In this document: positions 7,233 through 14,810 of the stretch, piece after piece
How positions within the stretch are numbered: the first letter of the stretch is position 1
Layout: the number at the start of each line of letters is the position of its first letter
IMG/VR virus record: IMGVR_UViG_3300027744_000003
Span: 1-37,016 of that record
Strand: one strand, 5' to 3'
Length of the DNA stretch: 37,016 nt
Origin: a virus
Lineage: Duplodnaviria; Caudoviricetes
The notes under the pieces: model-generated
Seen by the model: the letters and a program-made list of their open reading frames with translations, nothing else
What the model was told of the DNA's origin: nothing
Database searches by the model: none
Made by a program: the position numbers and the translations under genes

Positions 7233-7413
7233 CTTTTTCTCTCCTGTTACGTGATTGAGTGTGTGTAATACATCCTGCTGGTGCTGTTGCATCATCAGCT
7301 GGTCGTAATGTTGTTGTTGTGACATTTGCTCTCTCCCATTTATCGTTATCTAATTTAAGTTCGTCATTCAATCTTTTAAGAATATCTGCTATCTGTTCTA
7401 AACCATTCTGCAT
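7222..7413 (-). CDS. Hypothetical protein
   Basis: MQNGLEQIADILKRLNDELKLDNDKWER...; its C-terminal half overlaps the Sak3 upstream region. Confidence 0.5.
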   Translation of the reverse strand: MQNGLEQIADILKRLNDELKLDNDKWERANVTTTTLRPADDATAPAGCITHTQSRNRREKDEL

Positions 7414-7463
7414 ATTATATACCCCCAAAATACAAAAAGAAACAACCATAACCATTTATTCAT
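7398..7463 (-). CDS. 21-aa hydrophobic peptide (not in ORF track)
   Basis: MNKWLWLFLFVFWGYIICRMV; overlaps both neighbours. Confidence 0.5.
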   Translation of the reverse strand: MNKWLWLFLFVFWGYIICRMV

Positions 7464-7653
7464 TTTTTTTGCCTTTCAAAGAATCAACTATTTTATCTAA
7501 AACATCTTTCATAGCTAACTCTACGTCTTCTCTTTTCATACTCTTTGCAAGTGAGTCGGCTATTTTAACACATTTTTCTGCTTTTTTATCGTTTGGTGCA
7601 GTAATAGCTAATGCTAAAGCTAATGTCAATGCCTCTTTATTATCTTTAATCAT
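7456..7653 (-). CDS. Hypothetical protein
   Basis: ATGA-coupled to the upstream peptide gene; helical sequence. Confidence 0.7.
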   Translation of the reverse strand: MIKDNKEALTLALALAITAPNDKKAEKCVKIADSLAKSMKREDVELAMKDVLDKIVDSLKGKKNE

Positions 7654-7751
7654 ATTGCACCTGCCAATTTACCCATAATCCAAAAACATAAAGCCACATA
7701 ACACCAAAAAAATATTGCAAATATACTACCTAGAATTAAATCTTTCTTCAT
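7650..7751 (-). CDS. 33-aa single-TM peptide (not in ORF track)
   Basis: MKKDLILGSIFAIFFWCYVALCFWIMGKLAGAI; AAGGAG RBS; ATGA overlaps at both ends. Confidence 0.75.
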   Translation of the reverse strand: MKKDLILGSIFAIFFWCYVALCFWIMGKLAGAI

Positions 7752-7936
7752 ACTGATTGCTCCTTAGAAAGTTCTTCAAAAAGACCAGAATCATTACTAA
7801 TGACTTGATATGCAATTTTTTGATATTTGTCACATGATTTAAGGTTGTTGTGAATATACATAAATGCTTCCTTAAAAGTCAAGTTTTTATGCTGTGCAAG
7901 TGTTTCAATTACTGAATAAGCGCCTGTAATTCTCAT
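7748..7936 (-). CDS. Hypothetical protein, first gene of the leftward arm
   Basis: AGGAGAG RBS, directly downstream of the leftward promoter. Confidence 0.75.
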   Translation of the reverse strand: MRITGAYSVIETLAQHKNLTFKEAFMYIHNNLKSCDKYQKIAYQVISNDSGLFEELSKEQSV

Positions 7937-7969
7937 TTCTCTCTCCTAAAAATAAATACTACAATGCTT

Positions 7970-7997
7970 ATCTTAATGAGAAAAAAACACATGTCAA
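7970..7997 (-). promoter_or_regulatory. Leftward early sigma70 promoter
   Basis: TTGACA (7997-7992), 16-nt spacer, TAAGAT (7975-7970). Confidence 0.75.
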
Positions 7998-8019
7998 GTA
8001 TTTTCTAGTAAATAATTAG

Positions 8020-8048
8020 TTTACAACTAGAATTAGTTATGTTAATCT
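8020..8048 (+). promoter_or_regulatory. Rightward early sigma70 promoter
   Basis: TTTACA (8020-8025), 17-nt spacer, TGn-TAATCT (8043-8048); AGGAG RBS before the ATG at 8080. Confidence 0.65.
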
Positions 8049-8079
8049 TTTTTAGCATTATTAACCAACAGGAGAGTGT

Positions 8080-8697
8080 ATGTACAAGATTAAGAACTGG
8101 GAGAAGTTTAATCTCTATAATCCAAAGAACCCAAGATACCAAAAAAAGATGACATGGTTTAAATTTTATGGTACGGATTACATTAATGATATTGAGATTC
8201 ATAAACTATCTTTTGAGCAAAAAGCTGTTTTAGTAGAGTTATGGTGTCTTGGTTCTGAAAGTGACGGAATATTACCTCAGCACTATGAAATAGCTTTTAG
8301 ACTTCATTATCCTATTGATTTTGTTGAGAAAATAGTAAAAGAACTATTTACTAGAGGTTGGCTAGAAAATTATTCGCAGCCTGCTAACATAGAGAAGAGG
8401 AGAGAAGATAAAAAAAGAGAAGATATATATGTCGTTAAAACGACTAACAGGTTTGAAGAATTTTGGCAAAATTATCCTAGTGTTCGTAAAGTAAATAAGA
8501 AAACATGTATGGAAAGATGGGCTAATAAAAACATTGACGCTATAGCAGATGAAGTGATAGGGTATGTAAAACGTATGAAAGATACTCAATCATGGAAAGA
8601 TGGCTTCTCACCAGCTCCACTTACTTTGTTAAACCAGGAAAGATGGAATGATGGTGAAGCGCCACAAGAACGTAAAGTTTGGGAAGGTGGCATTTAG
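8080..8697 (+). CDS. Phage replication initiator/replisome organizer
   Basis: N-terminal WFKFY...LVELWCL...IAFRL helix-turn-helix-like region; charged linker; C-terminal FEEFWQNYP...LLNQERWND; precedes the helicase. Confidence 0.8.
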   Translation: MYKIKNWEKFNLYNPKNPRYQKKMTWFKFYGTDYINDIEIHKLSFEQKAVLVELWCLGSESDGILPQHYEIAFRLHYPIDFVEKIVKELFTRGWLENYSQPANIEKRREDKKREDIYVVKTTNRFEEFWQNYPSVRKVNKKTCMERWANKNIDAIADEVIGYVKRMKDTQSWKDGFSPAPLTLLNQERWNDGEAPQERKVWEGGI

Positions 8698-9611
8698 TGA
8701 ATATAGGTGAAGCATTAGATAAGCTAACTGTTAATCAATCAGTTATAACTGAATATTACAATAAGGAATATGCTCATGCAGAGTTTAAAATTAAAGCTGC
8801 GGATATTTTTAGTGACCACGTGGTGCAGTATTTTAGTGAGGAAGTTCATAGTGGTAAATCACTTGGCTGGGTTAAGACGGAAGATAAGTTTAGGGTTAGG
8901 GCTTCGGAATTAACAATTTTAACAGGGGTATCTGGGCATGGTAAATCTATGTGGTTATCGCAAGTTGTATTAGCTATGATGAAACAGAACACTAAATGCC
9001 TAATAGCATCTTTGGAAATGCGCCCTGTATTAACATTAGCTAGAATGATTACTCAAGCATTAGGTTCACCAGAGCCAACAGAGGATTACATTAGAAAATT
9101 TTGTGACAGGGCAAAAGAAAAGCTATACATTTACGACCAGTTAGGAACTACAACGTCTGACGATATGATAGCAACATTATATTATGCCAAGCATATCCTA
9201 GGTGTTGATATATTTATCATTGACAGTTTAATGAAAATAAGTAATATTAGTGAAGAGTCATTAGAGGCACAAAAATTGTTTACTGATAGATTGGCAGTTT
9301 CGGCACGTGATTTGAATATTTCTATTTTTTTGGTTGCACATACAAGAAAACTTAAAGATGAAAACGAAATACCTGACGCTACAAACATTATGGGCAGTTC
9401 ACACATAAGAAACCTGTGTGACAATATTATTTGTGTATGGCGTAACCGTTATAAGGAAAAGCTAATAGAAGAAGGTAAAACTTCTTCTGACGAGTTAAAG
9501 ATTATTCCTGATGCTAAAGTTTTTATTCAGAAACAGCGTAATGGTCAATGGGAAGGTTCTTTTAATTTTTGGTTTAGTCAAAAAACTTTATGTTATAGGG
9601 AGAGTCCGTAA
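8697..9611 (+). CDS. DnaB/T7 gp4-type replicative helicase (no primase domain)
   Basis: Walker A GVSGHGKS, SLEM, Walker B IFIIDSL, LVAHTRK and QKQRNG. GTG start at 8697 overlaps the upstream stop. Confidence 0.92.
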   Translation: MNIGEALDKLTVNQSVITEYYNKEYAHAEFKIKAADIFSDHVVQYFSEEVHSGKSLGWVKTEDKFRVRASELTILTGVSGHGKSMWLSQVVLAMMKQNTKCLIASLEMRPVLTLARMITQALGSPEPTEDYIRKFCDRAKEKLYIYDQLGTTTSDDMIATLYYAKHILGVDIFIIDSLMKISNISEESLEAQKLFTDRLAVSARDLNISIFLVAHTRKLKDENEIPDATNIMGSSHIRNLCDNIICVWRNRYKEKLIEEGKTSSDELKIIPDAKVFIQKQRNGQWEGSFNFWFSQKTLCYRESP

Positions 9612-9799
9612 TGATTGTTGATAAAAAATGGTTTATGTTAAGATTAATGTATCAGATACGCAAACAATGGAGAGTTAAACTTCATGCTAAACGCTGTAAG
9701 GATAACGACCAGTCTATAAAAAGATATCACCATGATGCAGCAGTTCTTAACAGAGCTATGGATATATATAAGATTGAAGGTAGAAGGGCTACTTGGTAA
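9611..9799 (+). CDS. Hypothetical basic protein
   Basis: Coupled by taatg overlaps at both ends. Confidence 0.65.
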   Translation: MIVDKKWFMLRLMYQIRKQWRVKLHAKRCKDNDQSIKRYHHDAAVLNRAMDIYKIEGRRATW

Positions 9800-9972
9800 T
9801 GACTATAAATGAATTTATTAAGCAATGCAAAAAGCTATTTGGTTCAGACATAGAATACAAAGCAACTTCTAAAGACGGGCAAGTATTTAAAACAAAGGGG
9901 TGGAGAGATGATAAAGTGGTCGCTAACAAAAGAAAACCTTCCAATGCTAGTGGAGAAGTTAAAAGCACTTGA
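9799..9972 (+). CDS. 57-aa hypothetical protein (not in ORF track)
   Basis: MTINEFIKQCKKLFGSDIEYKATSKDGQVFKTKGWRDD...; coupled to the upstream stop. Confidence 0.65.
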   Translation: MTINEFIKQCKKLFGSDIEYKATSKDGQVFKTKGWRDDKVVANKRKPSNASGEVKST

Positions 9973-10264
9973 CTTTACTCATAGATGGAGAGTAACAGTT
10001 ACAGATGCTAAACTTAACCGTAGTTTAGAGCAAAACGAAAGACTATGGGAATTGTATACAAGTTTAGGAAATCATTTGGGATTGGATAAACAACAAGTCC
10101 ATGAGCTTATGTCATACCGTCTGTTGCGTTATCAAACAGTTATAGCTGGATTTCCTGTAGAACTTATAAAATCAACCACAAAACTTACAACTTCAGAAAT
10201 GACTGAATACCAACAACAGGTAGAGGTATGGGGTCAAACTGTTGGTTGGGGTTGGGATTATTAA
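9908..10264 (+). CDS. ninB: NinB/Orf-like recombination protein
   Basis: RSLEQNERLW...STTKLTTSEMTEY pattern; nin-region position. Confidence 0.8.
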   Translation: MIKWSLTKENLPMLVEKLKALDFTHRWRVTVTDAKLNRSLEQNERLWELYTSLGNHLGLDKQQVHELMSYRLLRYQTVIAGFPVELIKSTTKLTTSEMTEYQQQVEVWGQTVGWGWDY

Positions 10265-10266
10265 CT

Positions 10267-10674
10267 ATGACAATACAACAAAAATTAGAAATGTTTGATA
10301 ATGATGAGCAGCATCTTATTGATACAACATATACAAAAAAAGTTGATGTGCCATTATATGTACCTAAGTATGAAAAACCAAATATTTATGAGTTGTACGA
10401 TAATTTAAAAGCAATTAAGTTAATACAAAAGATTAACAATTCAAATGTTTCTGAAGATGAGAAAAAGTTTTTAACTTTGGCAGCATATAGACATATTATA
10501 TTTAGTTTTGCAAAAATTGCAGATTATTACGCACACTCAAGTGCTGAAATGCAAGAATTAATGGAGCAATCAGCTTTAGTAATTGTTGATTTTGATAAAG
10601 CTATTGAATATGGTTTTGTTGCTTTAAATAATCAGTTATCTAATCAATATTTGGAAGAACAAAGTGATAGATAA
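10267..10674 (+). CDS. Conserved partner protein of GREB1/TAGT-like glycosyltransferases
   Basis: YTKKV..P.Y.P...KP...EL...AAYRH..F....IADYYAH...EMQELME.SALVI.DFDKAIE.GFV; ATG at 10267 follows the ninB stop. Confidence 0.7.
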   Translation: MTIQQKLEMFDNDEQHLIDTTYTKKVDVPLYVPKYEKPNIYELYDNLKAIKLIQKINNSNVSEDEKKFLTLAAYRHIIFSFAKIADYYAHSSAEMQELMEQSALVIVDFDKAIEYGFVALNNQLSNQYLEEQSDR

Positions 10675-11551
10675 TTTTTGTGTATTTATATTGAGTAACA
10701 ATAGGCATGACAGAGTTTATACTTACAATACTTTGAGAGAAAAAAATTATACAGGTAAGATTTTTATTATCATTGATGATGAAGATAAGTCTCATAATAA
10801 ATATATTGAAACATATGGCAGTCAAGTAATAACTTTTTCTAAAGATGAAGTTGCAAAAACATTTGACATAGGCGATAGTTTTGATGATAAAAGAGCAGTT
10901 GTGTTTGCAAGAAATGCCTGCTTTGACATAGCAAAAAAATTAGGTTATACATATTTTATGCAACTTGATGATGATTATACAGACTTTAGATGGTCATTTG
11001 ATGATAATAAAAAATATGTAACTAATAAATACATTCAAGACTTAGATAAAATATTTAAAATTATGTTAGATTTCTATAAGAAGACATCTTTTACATCAAT
11101 TTGCATGGCTCAAGGTGGTGATTTTATAGGTGGTGAAAATAGTGGTTTAAGTAAAACATTTTTAGATGGTCAAATATCAAGAAAAATTATGAACAGTTTT
11201 TTATGTTCAGTTAATAGACCATTTCAATTTGTTGGTAGAATTAATGAAGACGTAAATGCTTATTGTTATTTCGGTTATAAGGGTTATTTATTTATGACAA
11301 TTGCACAGTTAAGACTTGAGCAAAAACAAACTCAAAGTAATGCTGGTGGTTTAACTGATATTTATTTAAGCTCAGGCACTTATGTTAAAAGTTTTTATTC
11401 TGTTTTGTATAATCCTTCTAGTGTAAAAGTAAGGCAAATGGGTCAAAACAAAAAAAGATTGCATCATAGTATTAATTGGGATGCAACTGTTCCTAAAATT
11501 ATTTCTGAGAAATTTAAAAGATATGATGTATCGCAACCCAAAACTAATTAA
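10664..11551 (+). CDS. GT-A glycosyltransferase, GREB1-like/TET-associated (TAGT-like); putative DNA modification
   Basis: FILSNNR, IIIDDED, FARN, MQLDDDY (DxD), GRINEDV and QTQSNAGGLTDIY motifs. Confidence 0.75.
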   Translation: MIDNFCVFILSNNRHDRVYTYNTLREKNYTGKIFIIIDDEDKSHNKYIETYGSQVITFSKDEVAKTFDIGDSFDDKRAVVFARNACFDIAKKLGYTYFMQLDDDYTDFRWSFDDNKKYVTNKYIQDLDKIFKIMLDFYKKTSFTSICMAQGGDFIGGENSGLSKTFLDGQISRKIMNSFLCSVNRPFQFVGRINEDVNAYCYFGYKGYLFMTIAQLRLEQKQTQSNAGGLTDIYLSSGTYVKSFYSVLYNPSSVKVRQMGQNKKRLHHSINWDATVPKIISEKFKRYDVSQPKTN

Positions 11552-11804
11552 AATTTTAAGAGAGTTGCCTTGTCAGCATTGTGGTATAATGTCTGAAACA
11601 GTTTGTGCTGCTCATAGAAATGAAGGCAAAGGTATGGGCATTAAAGTGTCAGACGCTTTAGTTGCAGCATTATGTATAGAGTGCCATGTTAAACTTGATA
11701 ATGGAAAAGAATTAACAAAAGAAGAACGTAGAGATATGTGGAATAGAGCATATATAAAAACTATGCAATATCTTTTTGAAAATGAAATTATAGGAGTTAA
11801 ATAA
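11523..11804 (+). CDS. DUF1364/DUF968-like Zn-binding putative nuclease (HNH-related)
   Basis: LPCQHCG...AAHRN.GKGMGIK..D...AALCIECH..LD. Confidence 0.8.
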   Translation: MMYRNPKLIKILRELPCQHCGIMSETVCAAHRNEGKGMGIKVSDALVAALCIECHVKLDNGKELTKEERRDMWNRAYIKTMQYLFENEIIGVK

Positions 11805-12013
11805 TGGGTAAAGGTTCTGGCAGAAGACCGTTGTTAGTTTCTGAAAAAGAAGCACAAGATAACTGGGACAAGATTTTTAAAAAGAAAAATAACAGTCCTG
11901 ACGTATCACCACACGCTTATGAATATGAACTTAATAAGGCTACAGGTGACGTAGAGAAGAGATTTTTAGACGGAATATCTAAACCTAACAAAAGTCAATT
12001 TGATGGCAAATAG
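11804..12013 (+). CDS. Hypothetical phage protein
   Basis: MGKGSGRRP...NWDKIF motif; AGGAG RBS. Confidence 0.7.
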   Translation: MGKGSGRRPLLVSEKEAQDNWDKIFKKKNNSPDVSPHAYEYELNKATGDVEKRFLDGISKPNKSQFDGK

Positions 12014-12320
12014 TCCAACGCAGTTAAGCCTTAAAAAATTACGTGACGAGGGATATACTGTAGCAGTTGTAGAGCATTGGAACGCATTTGCAAGGATAAG
12101 ACAAGACTTGTTTGGATTTATAGACCTATTAGCCTTAAAAGATAAAGAAGTATTAGCAGTCCAAACTACCACAGCAAGTAATATGTCGGCAAGAGTAAAG
12201 AAGATAGCAGACCATGAAAATGTAGGTGTAGTTCGTAAGGCAGGTTGGGCTATTCATGTGCATGGTTGGCACCAGGACGATAAGAAAAAATGGCATTGTA
12301 AAACTAAGGATGTATCGTGA
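12000..12320 (+). CDS. Putative PD-(D/E)xK endonuclease/Holliday junction resolvase
   Basis: LRDEGYTV...QDLFGFIDLLAL....LAVQTT; nin-region position. Confidence 0.65.
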   Translation: MMANSPTQLSLKKLRDEGYTVAVVEHWNAFARIRQDLFGFIDLLALKDKEVLAVQTTTASNMSARVKKIADHENVGVVRKAGWAIHVHGWHQDDKKKWHCKTKDVS

Positions 12321-12667
12321 GTAATAAAGATAAAATATTAGAGTATCTTACAGAGCCTAAAACTATAAAAGCAATAGCTGAACATGTAGACGCTAACTAT
12401 CACACTATTAAAAACTTGCTTGTAGCTATGAAGATGGAAGGATTGTTATACGCATACAAAGACAGCGACAATAGGCTTATGCACTATTACGTTCCGCAAC
12501 CACATCCACTACAAGCTATATTTGGACACACAGCAAACTTTACAGATGCACAGATAAAAAGCATTACAATTCATAATGGAGCTGATGCTAAACACAACTT
12601 ACAGCAAAAGACTACACAAGAAACATTTGGGGAAAGCATAACTTATACGTTAGGTAGATATGATTAG
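12317..12667 (+). CDS. Winged-helix DNA-binding protein
   Basis: KILEYLTEPKTIKAIAEHVDANYHTIKNLLVAMKMEGLL. Confidence 0.7.
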   Translation: MSNKDKILEYLTEPKTIKAIAEHVDANYHTIKNLLVAMKMEGLLYAYKDSDNRLMHYYVPQPHPLQAIFGHTANFTDAQIKSITIHNGADAKHNLQQKTTQETFGESITYTLGRYD

Positions 12668-12989
12668 TATGGAGCGTTTACTATCTATTTTGGATGATTG
12701 GGCTTTATGGATGAAGTCAGATAACCATAGGTTAGGTTATCCATCTAAAAGCATAGGCATGTCTTCAGGTGGCGAAAGTACAAGTGAGTCATTTGCAGAG
12801 ATGTGTTCTGCTCAGGACATGTCTAACTTACGCACTATAGACGCTATCATACATAGCTTAGATAAACCTCAACGAGACGCTATTTATACTAGATACTTAG
12901 ATGCTAAACCAAAAATAGCCCACCATTGGCAATTGGAAATGGCTTACGATAACTTACTTACTATGGCAGGAAGAAGAATAAACGCATAA
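12660..12989 (+). CDS. Putative late regulator/antiterminator (Q-like)
   Basis: LDDWALWM...LGYPSKS...IDAIIHSL...QRDAIYTRY; immediately upstream of the late promoter-terminator unit. Confidence 0.65.
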   Translation: MISMERLLSILDDWALWMKSDNHRLGYPSKSIGMSSGGESTSESFAEMCSAQDMSNLRTIDAIIHSLDKPQRDAIYTRYLDAKPKIAHHWQLEMAYDNLLTMAGRRINA

Positions 12990-12994
12990 AGTTC

Positions 12995-13023
12995 TTGACT
13001 ATTCTTATAAAGTTTGCTATAAT
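12995..13023 (+). promoter_or_regulatory. Strong late promoter (pR'-like)
   Basis: TTGACT (12995-13000), 17-nt spacer, TGn-TATAAT (13018-13023). Confidence 0.85.
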
Positions 13024-13065
13024 GCTATTTGTTGGACAACTCCTGTCCGTTAATAACGTAATCCC

Positions 13066-13110
13066 AAAAAAGCCTGACTGCACTCTCTCCGTGGTTGGGC
13101 TTTTTCTTTT
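13066..13110 (+). terminator. Leader terminator (tR'-like)
   Basis: aaaaagcctgact...ggttgggctttttctttt stem with U-tract, ~40-80 nt after the promoter. Confidence 0.65.
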
Positions 13111-13112
13111 AT

Positions 13113-13286
13113 ATGACATTCTCAGTAACAATATGCAACCAATGCGGTGAACCTTTTGACTCTACCGAGTATCCGCTATGTAACGACTGTAGATATGACC
13201 ACCGATTTATTAAGTTAAGGAAACTAGATGAAAGCAATGATGAAGGGCAAAGCAGCCAAAGTAAAGAAAGTAATGAAGGAATTTAA
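13113..13286 (+). CDS. Small zinc-finger protein
   Basis: CNQCG...LCNDC (CxxC-CxxC). Confidence 0.55.
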   Translation: MTFSVTICNQCGEPFDSTEYPLCNDCRYDHRFIKLRKLDESNDEGQSSQSKESNEGI

Positions 13287-13389
13287 AGCAGGAACTTTAA
13301 ACATGGGTAAGTCATCTAAGAAAGTTACAAACCCTGAACAAGCTATTGCAATTGGTCTTGCAATGGCAAATAAAAAGAAAAGGAAATAA
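13228..13389 (+). CDS. 53-aa Lys-rich protein, DUF6496-like (not in ORF track)
   Basis: MKAMMKGKAAKVKKVMKEFKAGTLNMGKSSKKVTNPEQAIAIGLAMANKKKRK; AAGGA RBS. Confidence 0.8.
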   Translation: MKAMMKGKAAKVKKVMKEFKAGTLNMGKSSKKVTNPEQAIAIGLAMANKKKRK

Positions 13390-13391
13390 TC

Positions 13392-13523
13392 ATGCCAATG
13401 GTCGGAAAAATGAAGTTTGCCTACACAGAAAAAGGTAAAAAAGAAGCTAAATCATACGCTAAGAAAACAGCTAAAAAAGCAGTTGCTAAACCTGCAAAGA
13501 AAGGCATGAAAAGTGGCTACTAA
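13392..13523 (+). CDS. 43-aa Lys/Ala-rich protein (not in ORF track)
   Basis: MPMVGKMKFAYTEKGKKEAKSYAKKTAKKAVAKPAKKGMKSGY; AAGGA RBS. Confidence 0.8.
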   Translation: MPMVGKMKFAYTEKGKKEAKSYAKKTAKKAVAKPAKKGMKSGY

Positions 13524-13680
13524 ACCAGGTCTTTATGCAAATATTGCAGCCAAGAGAGCAAGAATCAAAGCAGGCTCAGGTGAAAAGATGAGGAAAGTTG
13601 GCTCTAAAGGCGCACCTACAGCTATGCAATTTAAACAAGCAGCTAAAACAGCAAAGCCTGTTAAGAAAGCAAAGAAATGA
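13513..13680 (+). CDS. 55-aa basic phage protein (not in ORF track)
   Basis: GTG start; ATKPGLYANIAAKRARIKAGSGEKMRKVGSKGAPTAMQFKQAAKTAKPVKKAKK, a motif I recall from aquatic phages. Confidence 0.8.
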   Translation: MATKPGLYANIAAKRARIKAGSGEKMRKVGSKGAPTAMQFKQAAKTAKPVKKAKK

Positions 13681-13826
13681 AAGGCGTTAAACATTACTTG
13701 CCTAATGGCACAGAGTGGACTGGTGCTACTCATAAAATGGCTAGTGGATTATTTACAGGTAAAGTACACACACCTTCATCTAAGAAGCTAGTGCATTATA
13801 AAGACATAAAAGCTAAGAAGAAATGA
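13677..13826 (+). CDS. 49-aa basic His-containing protein (not in ORF track)
   Basis: MKGVKHYLPNGTEWTGATHKMASGLFTGKVHTPSSKKLVHYKDIKAKKK; ATGA overlaps at both ends. Confidence 0.8.
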   Translation: MKGVKHYLPNGTEWTGATHKMASGLFTGKVHTPSSKKLVHYKDIKAKKK

Positions 13827-14074
13827 TTAAGAAGGGCAAAGAAACATTCTCTGGTTATAATAAACCTAAGAGAACGCCTAATCATCCTACTAAATCACAT
13901 GCAGTATTAGCTAAAGATGGTGACCAAGAAAAACTTATACGCTTTGGTCAAAAAGGCGTAAGTGGTGACAAAACAAATACAGATAGAGCAAAGTCATTTA
14001 AGGCAAGACACGCTAAAAACATAGCTAAAGGAAAAATGAGTGCCGCTTTTTGGGCAAACAAAGTAAAGTGGTAA
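13823..14074 (+). CDS. 83-aa basic conserved phage protein
   Basis: LIRFGQ...RAKSFKARH...SAAFWANKVKW. Confidence 0.8.
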   Translation: MIKKGKETFSGYNKPKRTPNHPTKSHAVLAKDGDQEKLIRFGQKGVSGDKTNTDRAKSFKARHAKNIAKGKMSAAFWANKVKW

Positions 14075-14775
14075 AACTAGATATATATGTAGGATATGAT
14101 GGCAAGGTAGAGCCAATTGCTTATCATAACTTTTGCCAGTCAGTTATAGAGAAGTCATCTATACCGGTAAGTTTTACACCACTAGCACTAAACACTTTAA
14201 AAGATTACAAAGAAACACATACAGACGGTAGTAACGCATTTATCTATTCACGCTTTCTAGTGCCATATCTAAACAACTTTAAAGGTATCGCACTATTTGT
14301 TGATGGCGATATGATTTGCCGAACAGATATAGCGGAGATACTAGCTAACTTTGATATAGACGAAGCAATTAAAGTTGTAAAGCATAACTACACAACAAAG
14401 CATCCAGTTAAATACTTAGGTGCAAAGAACGAAGACTATCCTAAAAAGAACTGGTCAAGCGTTATGTTATGGAATTGCTCACATTGGCTAAACAAAAAAC
14501 TAACACCTCAGTTTATACAAGAACAAACAGGTAAATACTTACATAGATTTGAATGGCTTAAATATCCTGAAGAACAAGTAGGCAAGCTAGACGATACATG
14601 GAATTGGCTAGAAACAGAATACGAATATAATAAAGATGCTAAGTTAGTGCATCACACATTAGGCACACCATGCTTTAAAGACTATCAGTCTACAGACTAT
14701 AGTCAAGAATGGTGGGATACATACCAAAGAATGATATACCCACTCAAGGGTAACAACAAAGACTCAGAACTATAA
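14068..14775 (+). CDS. GT-A glycosyltransferase (GT8-like)
   Basis: IYVGYD, FIYSRFLVPYL, ALFVDGDM (DxD), KNWSSVMLWN, WNWL and LVHHTLGTP motifs; GTG at 14068. Confidence 0.85.
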   Translation: MVKLDIYVGYDGKVEPIAYHNFCQSVIEKSSIPVSFTPLALNTLKDYKETHTDGSNAFIYSRFLVPYLNNFKGIALFVDGDMICRTDIAEILANFDIDEAIKVVKHNYTTKHPVKYLGAKNEDYPKKNWSSVMLWNCSHWLNKKLTPQFIQEQTGKYLHRFEWLKYPEEQVGKLDDTWNWLETEYEYNKDAKLVHHTLGTPCFKDYQSTDYSQEWWDTYQRMIYPLKGNNKDSEL

Positions 14776-14810
14776 CAGAGGGCAACCAACCTATAAGGAG
14801 TTGCATAACA

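Noticed and set aside
4764-7678. Plus-strand ORFs 4764-5078, 6443-6709 and 7259-7678
   Set aside because: Antisense to well-supported minus-strand genes and lacking RBSs or motifs, unlike pqqA.
8005-8202. Minus-strand ORF as a CI/Cro repressor
   Set aside because: No HTH pattern or RBS; it is antisense to the initiator gene and the promoter region.
13030-13110. tRNA or riboswitch in the late leader
   Set aside because: No cloverleaf or T-loop consensus; promoter-leader-terminator explains the structure.
13533-13733. 66-aa minus-strand ORF
   Set aside because: Shadow of the coupled plus-strand basic mini-genes at 13513-13826.
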